A stretch of 64,000 nt of DNA, from assembly GCA_051362555.1 (NCBI GenBank), contig CM120645.1:24270934-24334933 (forward strand). Reading direction: 5' to 3'. Positions 40,872 through 52,104 of this stretch are shown here, piece after piece. Made by a program: the position numbers and the translations under genes. This DNA comes from Lingula anatina (lineage: Eukaryota > Animalia > Brachiopoda). The stretch's first letter is position 1, and every line of letters begins with the position of its first letter. A model generated the notes under the pieces. The model saw only the letters and a list, made by a program, of their open reading frames with translations. It had not been told where the DNA came from and searched no databases.

Positions 40872-41903
40872 ATGAGGGCTGCAAGATGTTTGAGGAATGC
40901 CTTGATTATAGTGTTGATGATATTGTTGATTACATCGTTTTTGTTAAGAGAACGTGCCGAATACCAGTTGCAAAGAGAGGTAGAAACTCCAAATATTCCA
41001 GATGGTCTTCCTCTTGGAAGATCGGCGATTAACTTGAATGTGTTAGATTTATATTTGCCAACGAAAGATGGTTTTCAGTGCGTTCAAATGAAAGTAACCG
41101 GCACTATATCGGCGCCTATCTGTGTTTATGAAGCCAAAGAAGACAAATATGTCTCTGGCGCTTTACTTCGTGGTGGAACGTGGCAGAAAGATAACACTGA
41201 TGTGTTTCGTTTACTGGCAAATGAAGATCCTGAACTTAACTTAATAGACCTCGGTGCGAATTTGGGAACATGGACAATTATTGCTGCAGCACTTGGAAAA
41301 CAGGTGATCGCCGTCGAACCTTTCCCGCCAACGATCTCTCGTCTGCACAGAAGTTTGCAATTGGGTCACTTGGAATCTAGAGTGACTTTGGTGACAAACC
41401 CACTGTCGGACAAATACGAAGATGTTGTGTTTAAAGTTTATCCCAGCAACAAAGGTGGAGTCGCCATTGCGTCCAAAAATAGTTCCGGGGACTTACTGGA
41501 CCACAGTACCGTTAAAAAGACAACTACTTTGAACGACCTCACGAGTATTATACCAGGCGGATTTAACAAAGCTTTCATGAAAATGGATATAGAAGGCATG
41601 GAACTTAAATCTTTGAATGCATCTGACGTTTTATTCTCTGTTGTTGATATTCCCGTTATAATAATGGAGTGGATGGCGTATAGGAAAATATTAGATACTC
41701 CAGAAGTGCGATATTTTGAAACCTGGTTCGCTCGAAAGGGCTATTTCCCTTGTTATACACAGGGGAACCCTTCTGCTACCCAGTTTGAATGTCATTTCCT
41801 GGGAGCTATTGATTTAGACAGGAAATGGCATGATATAAGTGACATTTTCTTGTTTAAGAAAGACTTCTTCAACGAAATCCAGCGTGTTGGACGTATTGTA
41901 TAA
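40872..41903 (+). CDS. FkbM-family (Methyltransf_21) SAM-dependent methyltransferase, copy 1, type II membrane
   Basis: Intronless 343 aa ORF. Short basic N-terminus plus a hydrophobic anchor, motif I LIDLGANLG, VIAVEP, NKGG and FMKMDIEGME. Confidence 0.9.
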   Translation: MRAARCLRNALIIVLMILLITSFLLRERAEYQLQREVETPNIPDGLPLGRSAINLNVLDLYLPTKDGFQCVQMKVTGTISAPICVYEAKEDKYVSGALLRGGTWQKDNTDVFRLLANEDPELNLIDLGANLGTWTIIAAALGKQVIAVEPFPPTISRLHRSLQLGHLESRVTLVTNPLSDKYEDVVFKVYPSNKGGVAIASKNSSGDLLDHSTVKKTTTLNDLTSIIPGGFNKAFMKMDIEGMELKSLNASDVLFSVVDIPVIIMEWMAYRKILDTPEVRYFETWFARKGYFPCYTQGNPSATQFECHFLGAIDLDRKWHDISDIFLFKKDFFNEIQRVGRIV

Positions 41904-42606
41904 TAAGGAGTAAAGGCACCTCATTTACTAAAACGACTGTTTTGAAAAGCGATATTTTTCAAATTTTATTATTTATTGATTTGTGGGAGAAAGAACACCC
42001 TATTATTTCGGGTTATAAAACACTGTATGCCTTGTGCAAGGGTTATTGGCTTATATTACATATTCTTTCTCTTTATATAACCAATGTAGTTTTAATTTTA
42101 AAAAATCATTTATGATAGATCTACGTATTAGATTTGCCTGTTGACAGTTTCGTCTGCTTACTCTGGCAGACTTGGTCGCAACTGAATTACCTGTTCAGGT
42201 GAAGGTGAAACAGGTAAATTTAATATGTGCATCTATCATACATAAAGACTTTTTTACCTATCAAAAACTGATATCCAATGAAATTATTTTTACAGTATAG
42301 ATTTATATTTAACAGCATTAAACGTGCATTGTTTCATTGTGTTAGTTGCTCCATAAGTCATTAGCTGACACACTTAAGACTCAGTCGCTTGCATGCAAAG
42401 ATATGAACCCAAAGTCGGTAAGGAGTTATGATCTTAGAGATAAAATATAAATGTTAAATAAAGTAGATGTTTAATTTTTATTTTATTTGTTTTAAATATA
42501 ACTGTTAAATAAAGATGTTTATTTTCAATTCATTTGTTTTACAGTTGACGGTTTGGTTGTGGACTACGTTTGTTCATAACAAGTCAGTTTTAAAACGACA
42601 TAAAGC

Positions 42607-43690
42607 TGTTATTGAGTTTGCAATCAGCAACGGGGGAGGGGGGGAAGGCGGTCTGTGTACTTTCCATACATTCTCTCAGTTGCTGATATGTACTAGTATA
42701 TGAGGGTTTTACCTACCCCCTCTCTTCATCTTCATCCTTTATCCAAGGATAATTATCACTTTAGCAATGATGTTCTTACCTTTGTTATGCATGATTAGCA
42801 TGCTAAATCCTTTCAAGGGTTTTTTATTAGCTTCCTCCGCTAGAGATACTGCTGTTACATCTAAACAAGTTAATATGACATTGTCCCCCAGGGAAAAGAT
42901 CACAATATATCCAAGGATCCATCCTATAAAATCAATAAAGACCTCCCTCTTTTTTGACAATAGGAGACATCATTTGGTTCTCACTGAATTTTGATCAATT
43001 GTGGAGAATGGCGTGAATGTGGCCCATATGAAGAAATGACAGATTTCAAATAATGTATCGGACAATTTTAAGGACTGCTGATACATGCGTGAACCATGAT
43101 ACACCATTTTACCTCTCATTTTCACAGCTGAAAAAATAATGATAAACTAATCTGTAACATTACAAAAATCAAAGCTGAAAATATAACTGAAGATGTGAGG
43201 AGTGTAACACATTCAGCTGCATATGATTTTAACTTCTGATTTATACACTGAGTGTCTTATTATTTATGAACCGCACACGATGTTTGTTGAATGTTCTGCT
43301 GGTTGTTACTCGGCGTGACCTAGTCTGCATTTTGTATATGAAGTATATTAATAATTAATTCTTTCTTGACTGCAATCAAACTAAATGGAGTGGTAAAAAT
43401 GTGTCTGGGATTTAACAATCTATGAAGAAATTGAAGCTTATCGTAGTACTCTGGTCCATCAATAAAACAAACTGCCTCTCATTTTTATTTAATGTAATTG
43501 TTATGTTATTTAGGAATAAAATTTATTGCAATTTTAAATTCTAATATCGTGCTCAGATATAAACATAAAGCATAAAAATGTCACCGCTGTAACCTTTATT
43601 TTAATTAATTCAATTGACATTTCATCAAAGAATCCAGGAATGCCCATAATATGTCCCCATGTAAATTAAACAAAATTATCTTGGCAAAAT
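42607..43690. repeat. Segmental duplication, block A copy 1 (paralogous to 50792-51805)
   Basis: Shared TGTTATTGAGTTTGCAATCAGC, GTGGAGAATGGCGTGAAT, GAACCGCACACGATGTTTGTTGAATG and ATATGTCCCCATGTAAATTAAACAAAATTATCTTGGCAAAA in the same order and orientation. Confidence 0.88.
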
Positions 43691-44079
43691 GATTTCTAAG
43701 TTAAAGATGTTAACCCTTATAAGCCTTAATACTCAAAATAAACAAAATGATCCAGTAATCTATAAGAAGGATGAAAATTTGGCTGTTGAGAAAAAAATGA
43801 CATTATTTAGTATAAAAAAATGCAAATTCAAAACGATTAGCTGTGCCTCAAAAGTGTTCATTTGCGGAAATGTTCCAATTAAAACGAAAGCTTTACATAC
43901 ACTAAAAACCACAATATGATTGCCCCAGAAACTGGAGCGTGTAAAAATGAAATGTCACAAAACTAAGTGAGTAAATGCAACAAATCTTTTTAAGAAAACA
44001 TTTAAAACTGAAAGAAAAACGTGTATAGATTATAGCAGAAAGATCTACTACTGAGTCTATTTGGCATAGGCATTTTTTA

Positions 44080-44365
44080 GAAAATCCACAAACACACTGA
44101 TTTATTGAAGAACTTGTCAAAAATTATAGAGGCAAACCTTCCTTACATCACCTCTTACGTTACTCGGAAAAAAAATTGGTTGGTCTTTAAAGTAATAAAA
44201 TGTTGAGTTGTAGCCAACAAGAACATGGAAAATACCCCATGCGAGTGAACCATGTTTCAAAATAACGCACCTCGGGACTATCCAGTCTGTATCTATGAAA
44301 GATCCATTCTAATACTATGACGGGAATATTAACAGCAGAGAAAAAACGTCGGATTCATTTAAAGC
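44080..44365 (-). pseudogene. Decayed 3' fragment of a sixth FkbM paralogue
   Basis: Reverse strand of 44219-44365 reads ALNESDVF(frameshift)SAVNIPVIVLEWIFHRYRLDSPEVRYFETWFTRMGYFPC. Weaker similarity to the FkbM C-terminus continues to ~44080. Confidence 0.8.
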
Positions 44366-44376
44366 ATTATTTCTGA

Positions 44377-45384
44377 TTATACAATACGCCCAACACGCTT
44401 AATTTCTTTGAAGAAATCTTTTCTAACCAAGAAAATATCACCAATATCCCGCCATTTCCTGTCCAGGGCAGTGGACCCCAGGAGATGAAAGTCAAGAAGA
44501 CCAGAAGAACCTCCTTGTATGTAACATGGGAAATAACCCATACGATTGAACCAGGTTTCAAAATATCGCACCTCGGGACTTTCCATTTTCTTCTGATGAA
44601 ACAGCCACTCGATTGTTATAACAGGAATGTCAACAACAGAGAATAAAACATCAGATGCATTTAAAGCTTTAAGTTCCATGCCTTCTATGTCCATTTTCAT
44701 GAAAGCTTTGTTAAATCTGCCTGGTATTATGCTTGCGAGGTCGTTTAATGTTGTCGTCTTCTTCGCCGCTGTTCTGCCTTTTGATACAATGGAGATTCCA
44801 CCTTTGTTGCTGGAGCTAACTTTAAATGTGACATCTTCGTATTTGTCCGACAGCGGGTTTGTCACCAAAGTCACTCTAGATTCCAAGTGCCCCAATTGCA
44901 AACTTTTGTGCAGACGAGAGATCGTTGGCGGGTAAGGTTCGACGGCAACCACCTGTTTTCCTAGTGCTGCAGCAATAATGGTCCATGTTCCTAAATTCGC
45001 TCCGATGTCAATTAAATTAAGTTCAGGATCTTCATTTGCCAGCGAACAAAATATATCAATGTTCAATCTCTGCCAAAGATGTCCCTGAAGTAAAGAGCGA
45101 GATACAAATTTGTCTTCTTTGGCTTCATAGACGCAAATAGGTGCCGATAAAATGTCGGTAACTTTCATTTGAACGCATTTAAAGTCGTCTTTCGCTGGTA
45201 GTTGTAAATCTAAAATTTCCAAGTTAATTGGCGATCTGCTTAAACGATTGTAATCACGAGCCATTGCCATCTTTACTTCTGTCTGCAGTTCGTGTTTATC
45301 GCTTGTTATCGGCAATAACGATTTTATCGCCAATACCATCAACACTATAATCAAGACATCCCGCAAGATTCTAGCGGCCCTCAT
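44377..45384 (-). CDS. FkbM-family methyltransferase, copy 2
   Basis: Intronless 335 aa ORF with N-terminal anchor, LIDIGANLG, VVAVEP and KMDIEGME. Confidence 0.9.
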   Translation of the reverse strand: MRAARILRDVLIIVLMVLAIKSLLPITSDKHELQTEVKMAMARDYNRLSRSPINLEILDLQLPAKDDFKCVQMKVTDILSAPICVYEAKEDKFVSRSLLQGHLWQRLNIDIFCSLANEDPELNLIDIGANLGTWTIIAAALGKQVVAVEPYPPTISRLHKSLQLGHLESRVTLVTNPLSDKYEDVTFKVSSSNKGGISIVSKGRTAAKKTTTLNDLASIIPGRFNKAFMKMDIEGMELKALNASDVLFSVVDIPVITIEWLFHQKKMESPEVRYFETWFNRMGYFPCYIQGGSSGLLDFHLLGSTALDRKWRDIGDIFLVRKDFFKEIKRVGRIV

Positions 45385-45484
45385 ATTTCCTTGACTGCCT
45401 TGAATTTATATATATATATATACTTGTGATATGGGGAAAGTTAACTATGAAGTGAATGAAATTTTGATATCTTCCTAAATAATA

Positions 45485-48400
45485 GACCTCGACCCCGCAT
45501 TATGGAACGACCCCGGATTATGGAACAAAACCGGAAGTTAGCCCTTTTTACCCAGCATGCAGAGCGTAAAAAATCCCCGTTCCACGTAAGTTTCAAGCGT
45601 CTGCTACAATGTATCAAACGCGCTATGCAGACGCACGTTACGACCTGATACAATTGAAGTGTTAGCGTTTGAAAGTTCGTTGCTCTTAAATTTGATAAAA
45701 TTAATACTGAACTTACGTTTATTCAAACAAGTTTTAAAGTCGTTTACCGTCCGTTCTCGTCTGCACTTGTTACTGTCAGTTTCCGATCTCGATTTCTAAC
45801 TTTTTCATACTGGTTACGGGTAGATACATCGATCGCTGTGGACGTAAACACGGCCGTCTTTTACTGCTATAAGTGTTGTAGCCTAACTTGTCTCATCTCT
45901 TATTGTTTGTGTTTCTTGTTCTCGGCTTATTGAAATAATTTTCAAAACATCCACTTACAAGAGTAGGCCTAACAAGTTGAAGTATTCCATGATCTCATAA
46001 AAATGGCTTCGATGTTGGCCATCGCAGTGTGCGCTTTCTGTGCACTGTAAACTGCCGCTAGAGAACGCTCCAAGCGCTATTAGGCTCACGCCGCTTGTGA
46101 CTTTAAATAAATTTGTTGCCACAAAATAAGAATTTATATTGACTTTTTATATTGGACATTATGAGTGAAAATATAGTTACTGACCTTGTTCATGCACAAT
46201 GAATTTCAGCATGCCGAAGAGAAAGTTATATGATCCTGAGTGTTTACATGCTGCTATCAGTGCCGTGAGAGAGGACTCTTATTCATTATCAGAGGCGGCA
46301 CGTATGTTTGACGTGCCGAAGACGACCCTTTATAATCATATTTCAGGTATACAAATGACACATGTTTGATCTTTGTTCTGATGAAAACAAAAAATTCAAA
46401 ATAGCTACCCTAGACTGCATTCCCACATATATTAAGATCGATCTATCCCCATGGGGAGTCTCACTAGATTGCTGTCAGCCTGACCGGCTTAAATGTCTGT
46501 CCCGCCTACTAAAAGGTGTAAGGGGATTAATTAACTTTTGTGCGCGTTCGGCTCTCGGAAGCTGACCCAGTGTTAAACTTGTCAATCATTTATTAGGTTT
46601 ACGCCTTCTACTAGAAGTTTTTTCTTTAAATCTTCTTATTTCATCTGTCTCTATCTTGTATCTTCTTCTTCTTCTCTTTTTCTTAAATATACCACAGGTG
46701 CTCTCAAGGGAGGTGGTCATGGAAAGTTGGCCCTCAGTCACTCTGATGAGGCCGCGCTGGTCGACTACTGCCTTATAATGAGTGACTGGAGGTTTCCACT
46801 AACCAAAGACTTGGTGTGCAAATTTGCCATGGCTGTTGGTCAGAATAGGAATGTGCACTTTTCAGCGTCGAACGGCTGGTGGAATCGATTCATGAATCGA
46901 CATCCAAAGTTGTCCCTAAGAAAACCAGGGCAGATTAATAGGTGCAATATTGTGAGATAAAATAAAACCATGCCAAATAAATGAAAATTATAAGAAAATA
47001 AAAATTGTCTTCATCTAAAGATAAGAACGGATATCGGAAAATAAGAAAACATTATTTAATAAATATGAACCAATTTTTTTTCACATTAACATGGATAAAG
47101 TCCCTTTTTTTCAGAGGGCGAGCGGTAATGTCACAGAAAACAATTGCGGATGGTTTTTTCATTTTGCTCAAAGATACGCTTGTAAAGCATAATCTTGAAG
47201 GAAAACCGGGTTGCATCTATAACTGTGATGAAACATATTTTCAGTCTCAGGCAAGCACAAAAATTGTAGCTGCGAAAGGAAAGACCTTTCCTTACGAGAG
47301 GTCGATCACTTCCTCCGGCCATATTACAGTTTTGGAATGTGCCAATGCAATGGGGGATCTGCTGCCGCCCATGATCATTTTTGAAGGCTGCTTACCTGCC
47401 GACGACACTTTGTTCCAAGGTCCTCTGAACTCCGTGTACGGTTCCTCTCCCTCTGGATACGTTGATTCTGATAAATATCTAGATTGGTTTCAAAAGATTT
47501 TCTTGAAACATACAGAAAGAAATGGCCCGATTATTTTAATTCAGGACAATTTAGCGGCGCATGCATCAAAAGAACTAATCGACTGTGCCAGAGACAATGG
47601 TGTAATTCTGCTTAATATACCCAGCCATACGAGCCACTACTTGCAGCCTATGGACCAGGTGTTTAAAGATGTGAAGTTAGAATTCCGAAAGATTGCCAAA
47701 TCGGCAAGCCTACTTAGAAAAAATTTGGTGATTAGTAAGGGTACATTCCCAGCAATACTTAAATCGGCACGTGCCAAAGCATTTACTCCTTTAAAATTGC
47801 AAAATGCCTTCAAAACCACAGGTATATATCCACTGGACAAAAGTGCAATTGACGAATCAAAATTTATAGAAAACAAAGATATGACGATTAAGACGGAGAC
47901 AGTATGCACTCTGCTTATGGAATGCGAGACAGACGACAATGACAAGAGGGACATGGCAACGCAGACAGTTTACGACGACTTGGGACGCCCAACAGACAAG
48001 ACAGACAATACCACACAGACGGAATTACCATACTCGTGCAATACATGTGGCCAAGTGTGCAATATATCAGAGCACCCAATGGTTAAAATGGGGGCCATTT
48101 CCCCTACCATTGCGAAGTTGTTGATCTTTCCCGCCGAAAGCGCCCCTGGTCGGAAACGTAGAGGGACTGATTACACAAAAGCTCAAGTGTTAACCGCAGA
48201 TGAGGCCCATGACACAAGAAAAAGGAAAGAAGAAGAAGAAAGCAAGAGACGAGAAGAGAAAGAAAAAAAGCGAGAGGAGATGCAGGCAAGGAGAGAACAA
48301 AAGGCGAAAGATTTGGAAGAAAAGAAGAAAAGAAGAGCTGTAGAAAAAATGAGAAAAGCCGAAGATGACGCTAAGCGTAGGATGGAGAAAGAGGAGAAGA

Positions 48401-49922
48401 AAAGAAGAGCGGGCGAAGAGAGGAAGAGGAAGAAGGCCGAGGTCCAAGAGCGAAAGGCACAGAGGGCCTTGGAGATGAAGCGCAGAAAAGAAAAGAAGGA
48501 AGGAGGGAGAAGAAAGAAATCAGAGGGAAATGTAGCAGAGGGAAATTTCGTCGTTGTAGAACCTCTGGAAGGAAACGAGGCGCCACGAACACCCTTCAGA
48601 CCGGCACCGATATGCAGGATTTGCAACGGGATAGAGCCACCAACATGCAGCACCACGGAGTTGGGGGAGGAAGTGTATGAGTTTTTACGTTGCGTTGTTT
48701 GTAACGCACAAGAACATCTTACTTGCGCCAAAACCCCGACATTTTTGGACGTTTTCCTCTGTAATAACTGCTGGCAGTGTTCAGAGTAGGCCTTTTTTAT
48801 TATTTTTTTTTTTATAATTAATTAAAAAAAGATTTATATTGTTTATTTTTATCAGTACCGCAAAACAAACATACAAGTGATATGTTCTTGTGCGTTACAC
48901 ACAACGCAACGTAAAAATGGTGAACAGAGTTGCAGTGCATGTTTGATTTGAGATATAGTATAGTAATGTACATAACTTTTTTGCCCCTTCATTTGTTTTC
49001 TTGAAGGGCAAGACAGTGTAATATTAGAATGATTGAAGTGATTTCATTTTATGGAGTTAAAGGTTAGATTCATTTCATAAAAGTCACAGCACTCTTCAGA
49101 AAGATGAATACATTCATCTCTTTGTAAAGTTACAGCATTGTTACGCGAGTTCTCCGCAAATTTTTTGTTTATTGCATTTGTCACACTTTCGATAAATTCT
49201 TTGTTAATGATATGTGAGCTGTTAGTGTTAATTGCCACTTTTGTCACCATGAATTAAAGCTTTTATTTTGAATGATTACTGGCGTTGTTTACTTAAGGCA
49301 GACCAAACGAATGATAGATGAGTTTTAAAATGAGAAATATCAATATTTTTCTTTTAATTCATAATTATGGATACAGTATTTTCAATTTGGCATTTTAAAT
49401 TATCTGACTACTAAACATCGCTTTGATACTCCGACGTAGCGGCAACTTCTCGTTTTGTTCCATAATCCGATTCAAGGCAGTAGTGAATGAGTGGGCTATT
49501 CCATTATTCAGCAATATTTGTGTTTAAAAATAAAAGACCAACTTAATATGAAAAATAACAGCTGTTATTTTCATTGATATTCGCAATATAAAGCGCATTC
49601 GTCGTTTTATTGTCTTTTATAGACCCCTTGCACTACAGATTGCCTTGCATCTTATCTAACACACACTGACGCGACGTTATCTGCGCACTTCCGGTTTTGT
49701 TCCTTAATCCGGGGTTTGAGAACAACACGAAGTTAACCATTATTTTAGCGTTTTTCTCCAATAATAACCTCAATCATATGGATTAAGCTTTACACGATAG
49801 TAAATAAAGCTCTATCGTAGCTACATGCAAAGTATTAGAGGTTAGTTTACGTTCATTTTTATACACAGACTGTGCAAAGCTGAAAAACGTCAAATATCGT
49901 TCCATAATCCGGGGTCGAGGTC
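45485..49922 (+). mobile_element. pogo-superfamily (DD35D, Fot-like) DNA transposon, apparently full length, 4438 bp
   Basis: 26 bp TIRs GACCTCGACCCCG(C/G)ATTATGGAACGA at 45485-45510 and 49897-49922 (1 mismatch). Flanked by TA on both sides. The paralogous empty site at 53261-53274 (TAAATAA-TA-TAGTG) has a single TA. Confidence 0.95.
46211..48789 (+). CDS. pogo/CENP-B-type transposase (HTH_psq + CENP-B HTH + DDE_1 + coiled coil + PHD-like finger), 3 exons, 684 aa
   Basis: Exons 46211-46346, 46698-46941 and 47115-48789 splice in frame (2055 nt). Motifs SLSEAARMFDVPKTTL and SNGWWNRFMNRHP; catalytic IYNCDET, LIQDNLAAH and LQPMD with 35 residues between D2 and D3. Confidence 0.9.
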
Positions 49923-50090
49923 TATAGTATTATAAAATATAAAATATTTATCTAATGTAAAAATGTGCGGATCTTGATACCAAAATCGGTCTGATTTTTT
50001 TCTCATGCTTTCTTTATTTCGATAACAACTTCGTCATTTCCACTGCTATGAACTTTATAAAATTCACGATTAAGATTTGATACCACCTTC

Positions 50091-50152
<62 letters not shown>

Positions 50153-50747
50153 ATATTATAGCGCTTTTATTTACGTCTTACCATAGGCAAATAAATGCTA
50201 AATCAATTTCCATTGTAAGTTTAATTAGTAAGGTTAATCTTTGAAATTATAAGACAAATGAAGCATATTACATAAATCTTACACTATATGTTAAACAAAG
50301 CATATAAGAAAATTTATGATGAATACTATTTCTTTATTTGATATTTTAGAATCATGCTATTTTATAGTCTCTCCTCGCAAGTCTGTCTTAATTACAGCAT
50401 ATATCCCAAGCCCTCAGCTGGCTATGATGGCACCTAGGCTGACATCATCATACAGCTTGTGGCGCCCCTAGCGTTTCAATTGAAACTAAGCATTTGAGTC
50501 TAAGCATACAATAGGATTTATCAGCATATTTATTTGATATTCATTTTTGAAAAATGGTCGACATTGTTTTGTAAACACAGGGTCTCTTAAAACAATAAGT
50601 TTCTAAATTCATCCAAACATTTTAATATAAAATAATAAAATATTAAGCCCGATTCAAAGTCACGAGGCTCGTGTTGATGTTGTGGTTTACGGTAATGTGG
50701 CAAAGATATCAGTGTTGTTCTTCTAAAGTGAATGGACTCCCAGATCT
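49923..50747. repeat. Segmental duplication, block B copy 1 (paralogous to 53270-54012; upstream region of the FkbM gene)
   Basis: Shared TATCTAATGTA.AAATGTGCGG.TCTTGATA, ATATCCCAAGCCCTCAGC, GGCGCCCCTAGCG and TGGACTCCCAGATC in the same order. Confidence 0.88.
50094..50150. repeat. (TA)n microsatellite
   Basis: Pure AT dinucleotide run; short in the paralogous copy near 53445. Confidence 0.9.
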
Positions 50748-50791
50748 TTAATTTTTCTCCCAGCTCCTGCTTCAAATATCTGGGAAAAGAA

Positions 50792-51805
50792 TGTTATTGA
50801 GTTTGCAATCAGCTAGGGTGTGTGTGGGGGGTAGGTGATTATCAAAGGATAATTGCCACTTTAGCAACGATGTTCTCACCTTTGTTATACATGATTAAAT
50901 CCTTTCAAGGGTTTTTAATTAGCTTCCCAGGCTAGAGATACCGCTGTTACATCTAAACAAGCTAATATGACATTGTCCCCCAGCTCCTGCTTCTAAGATT
51001 TCCCTCTTTCAAAATTTGGGAAAAGAATGACAATTGGTTGCCAAGGGTCCACCTCATAAAGTCAATAAAGACCTTCCCCTTCTTGACAATGGGAGACATC
51101 ATTTGGTTTTCACCGAATTTTGATTAATTGTGGAGAATGGCGTGAATATGGCCCATATGAGGAAATGACAGATTTCAAATAATGTATCGGAAAATTTTAA
51201 GGACTGCTGAGACATGCATGAACCATGATACACCATTTTACCTCTCAAACAATAACTGTAAAAATAATGATTAACTTAGGCCTATCTGTAACATTAGAAA
51301 AATCAAAGCTATATATAACTAAAGATGTGAGGAGTGTAACACTTCAGCTGCATATGATTTTAACCTGTGTCTTATTATTTATGAACCGCACACGATGTTT
51401 GTTGAATGTTCTGCTGGTTGTTACCAGGCATGACCTAGTTTACATTTTATATAAAGTATATTGATGTTAAATTTTTTCTTGACTGCAATCAAACAAAACT
51501 AAATGTAGTGGTAAATGTCTCAGGGATCTAATCATTTATGTAAGAAATTTGATGCTTATCTCAGTACTCTTGTCCATCAATGAATCAAACTACCTCTCAT
51601 TTTAATTTAATATCCTTGTTATATCATTTAGGAATAAAAGATATTGCAACTTTAAATTCAAATATCAAGCTCAGATATAAACATAAAGCATAATGTCATC
51701 TTTGTAACCTTTAGTTCAATTAGTTCAATTGACATTTTACCAATGAATCCGGGAATGCCCATTATATGTCCCCATGTAAATTAAACAAAATTATCTTGGC
51801 AAAAA
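50792..51805. repeat. Segmental duplication, block A copy 2 (paralogous to 42607-43690)
   Basis: Same shared segments as block A copy 1. Confidence 0.88.

Positions 51806-51810
<5 letters not shown>

Positions 51811-51864
<54 letters not shown>
51811..51864. repeat. (TA)n microsatellite
   Basis: Pure TA run at the boundary of duplication block A. Confidence 0.9.
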
Positions 51865-51870
<6 letters not shown>

Positions 51871-52104
51871 GTAGAAGTGTTTTATATAGCTGATATATTT
51901 GGGGGGGGAGAGGGGGGAGGTGTGTAAAATGTTAATCCGATATGTATACAAAGATGTGCATTAATGTAGCCATGTCATGTAGTCTTGTTCATATCTTTAA
52001 CCTTTACCCACCTATATTTCTATTTGTCTCATTTATCCTCAAATGTCTCTATTCAATATAGACCAACGAAGCCGTTTCATAGATTGAGATGTCATTATTT
52101 TTGA

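Noticed and set aside
47005-47114. N-terminal 37 aa of the 594 aa ORF
   Set aside because: Intron 2 sequence; the real reading frame enters at the acceptor before 47115.
48104-48731. Hydrophobic F/S/L-rich minus-strand ORFs
   Set aside because: Reverse complement of the purine-rich charged-helix region of the transposase.
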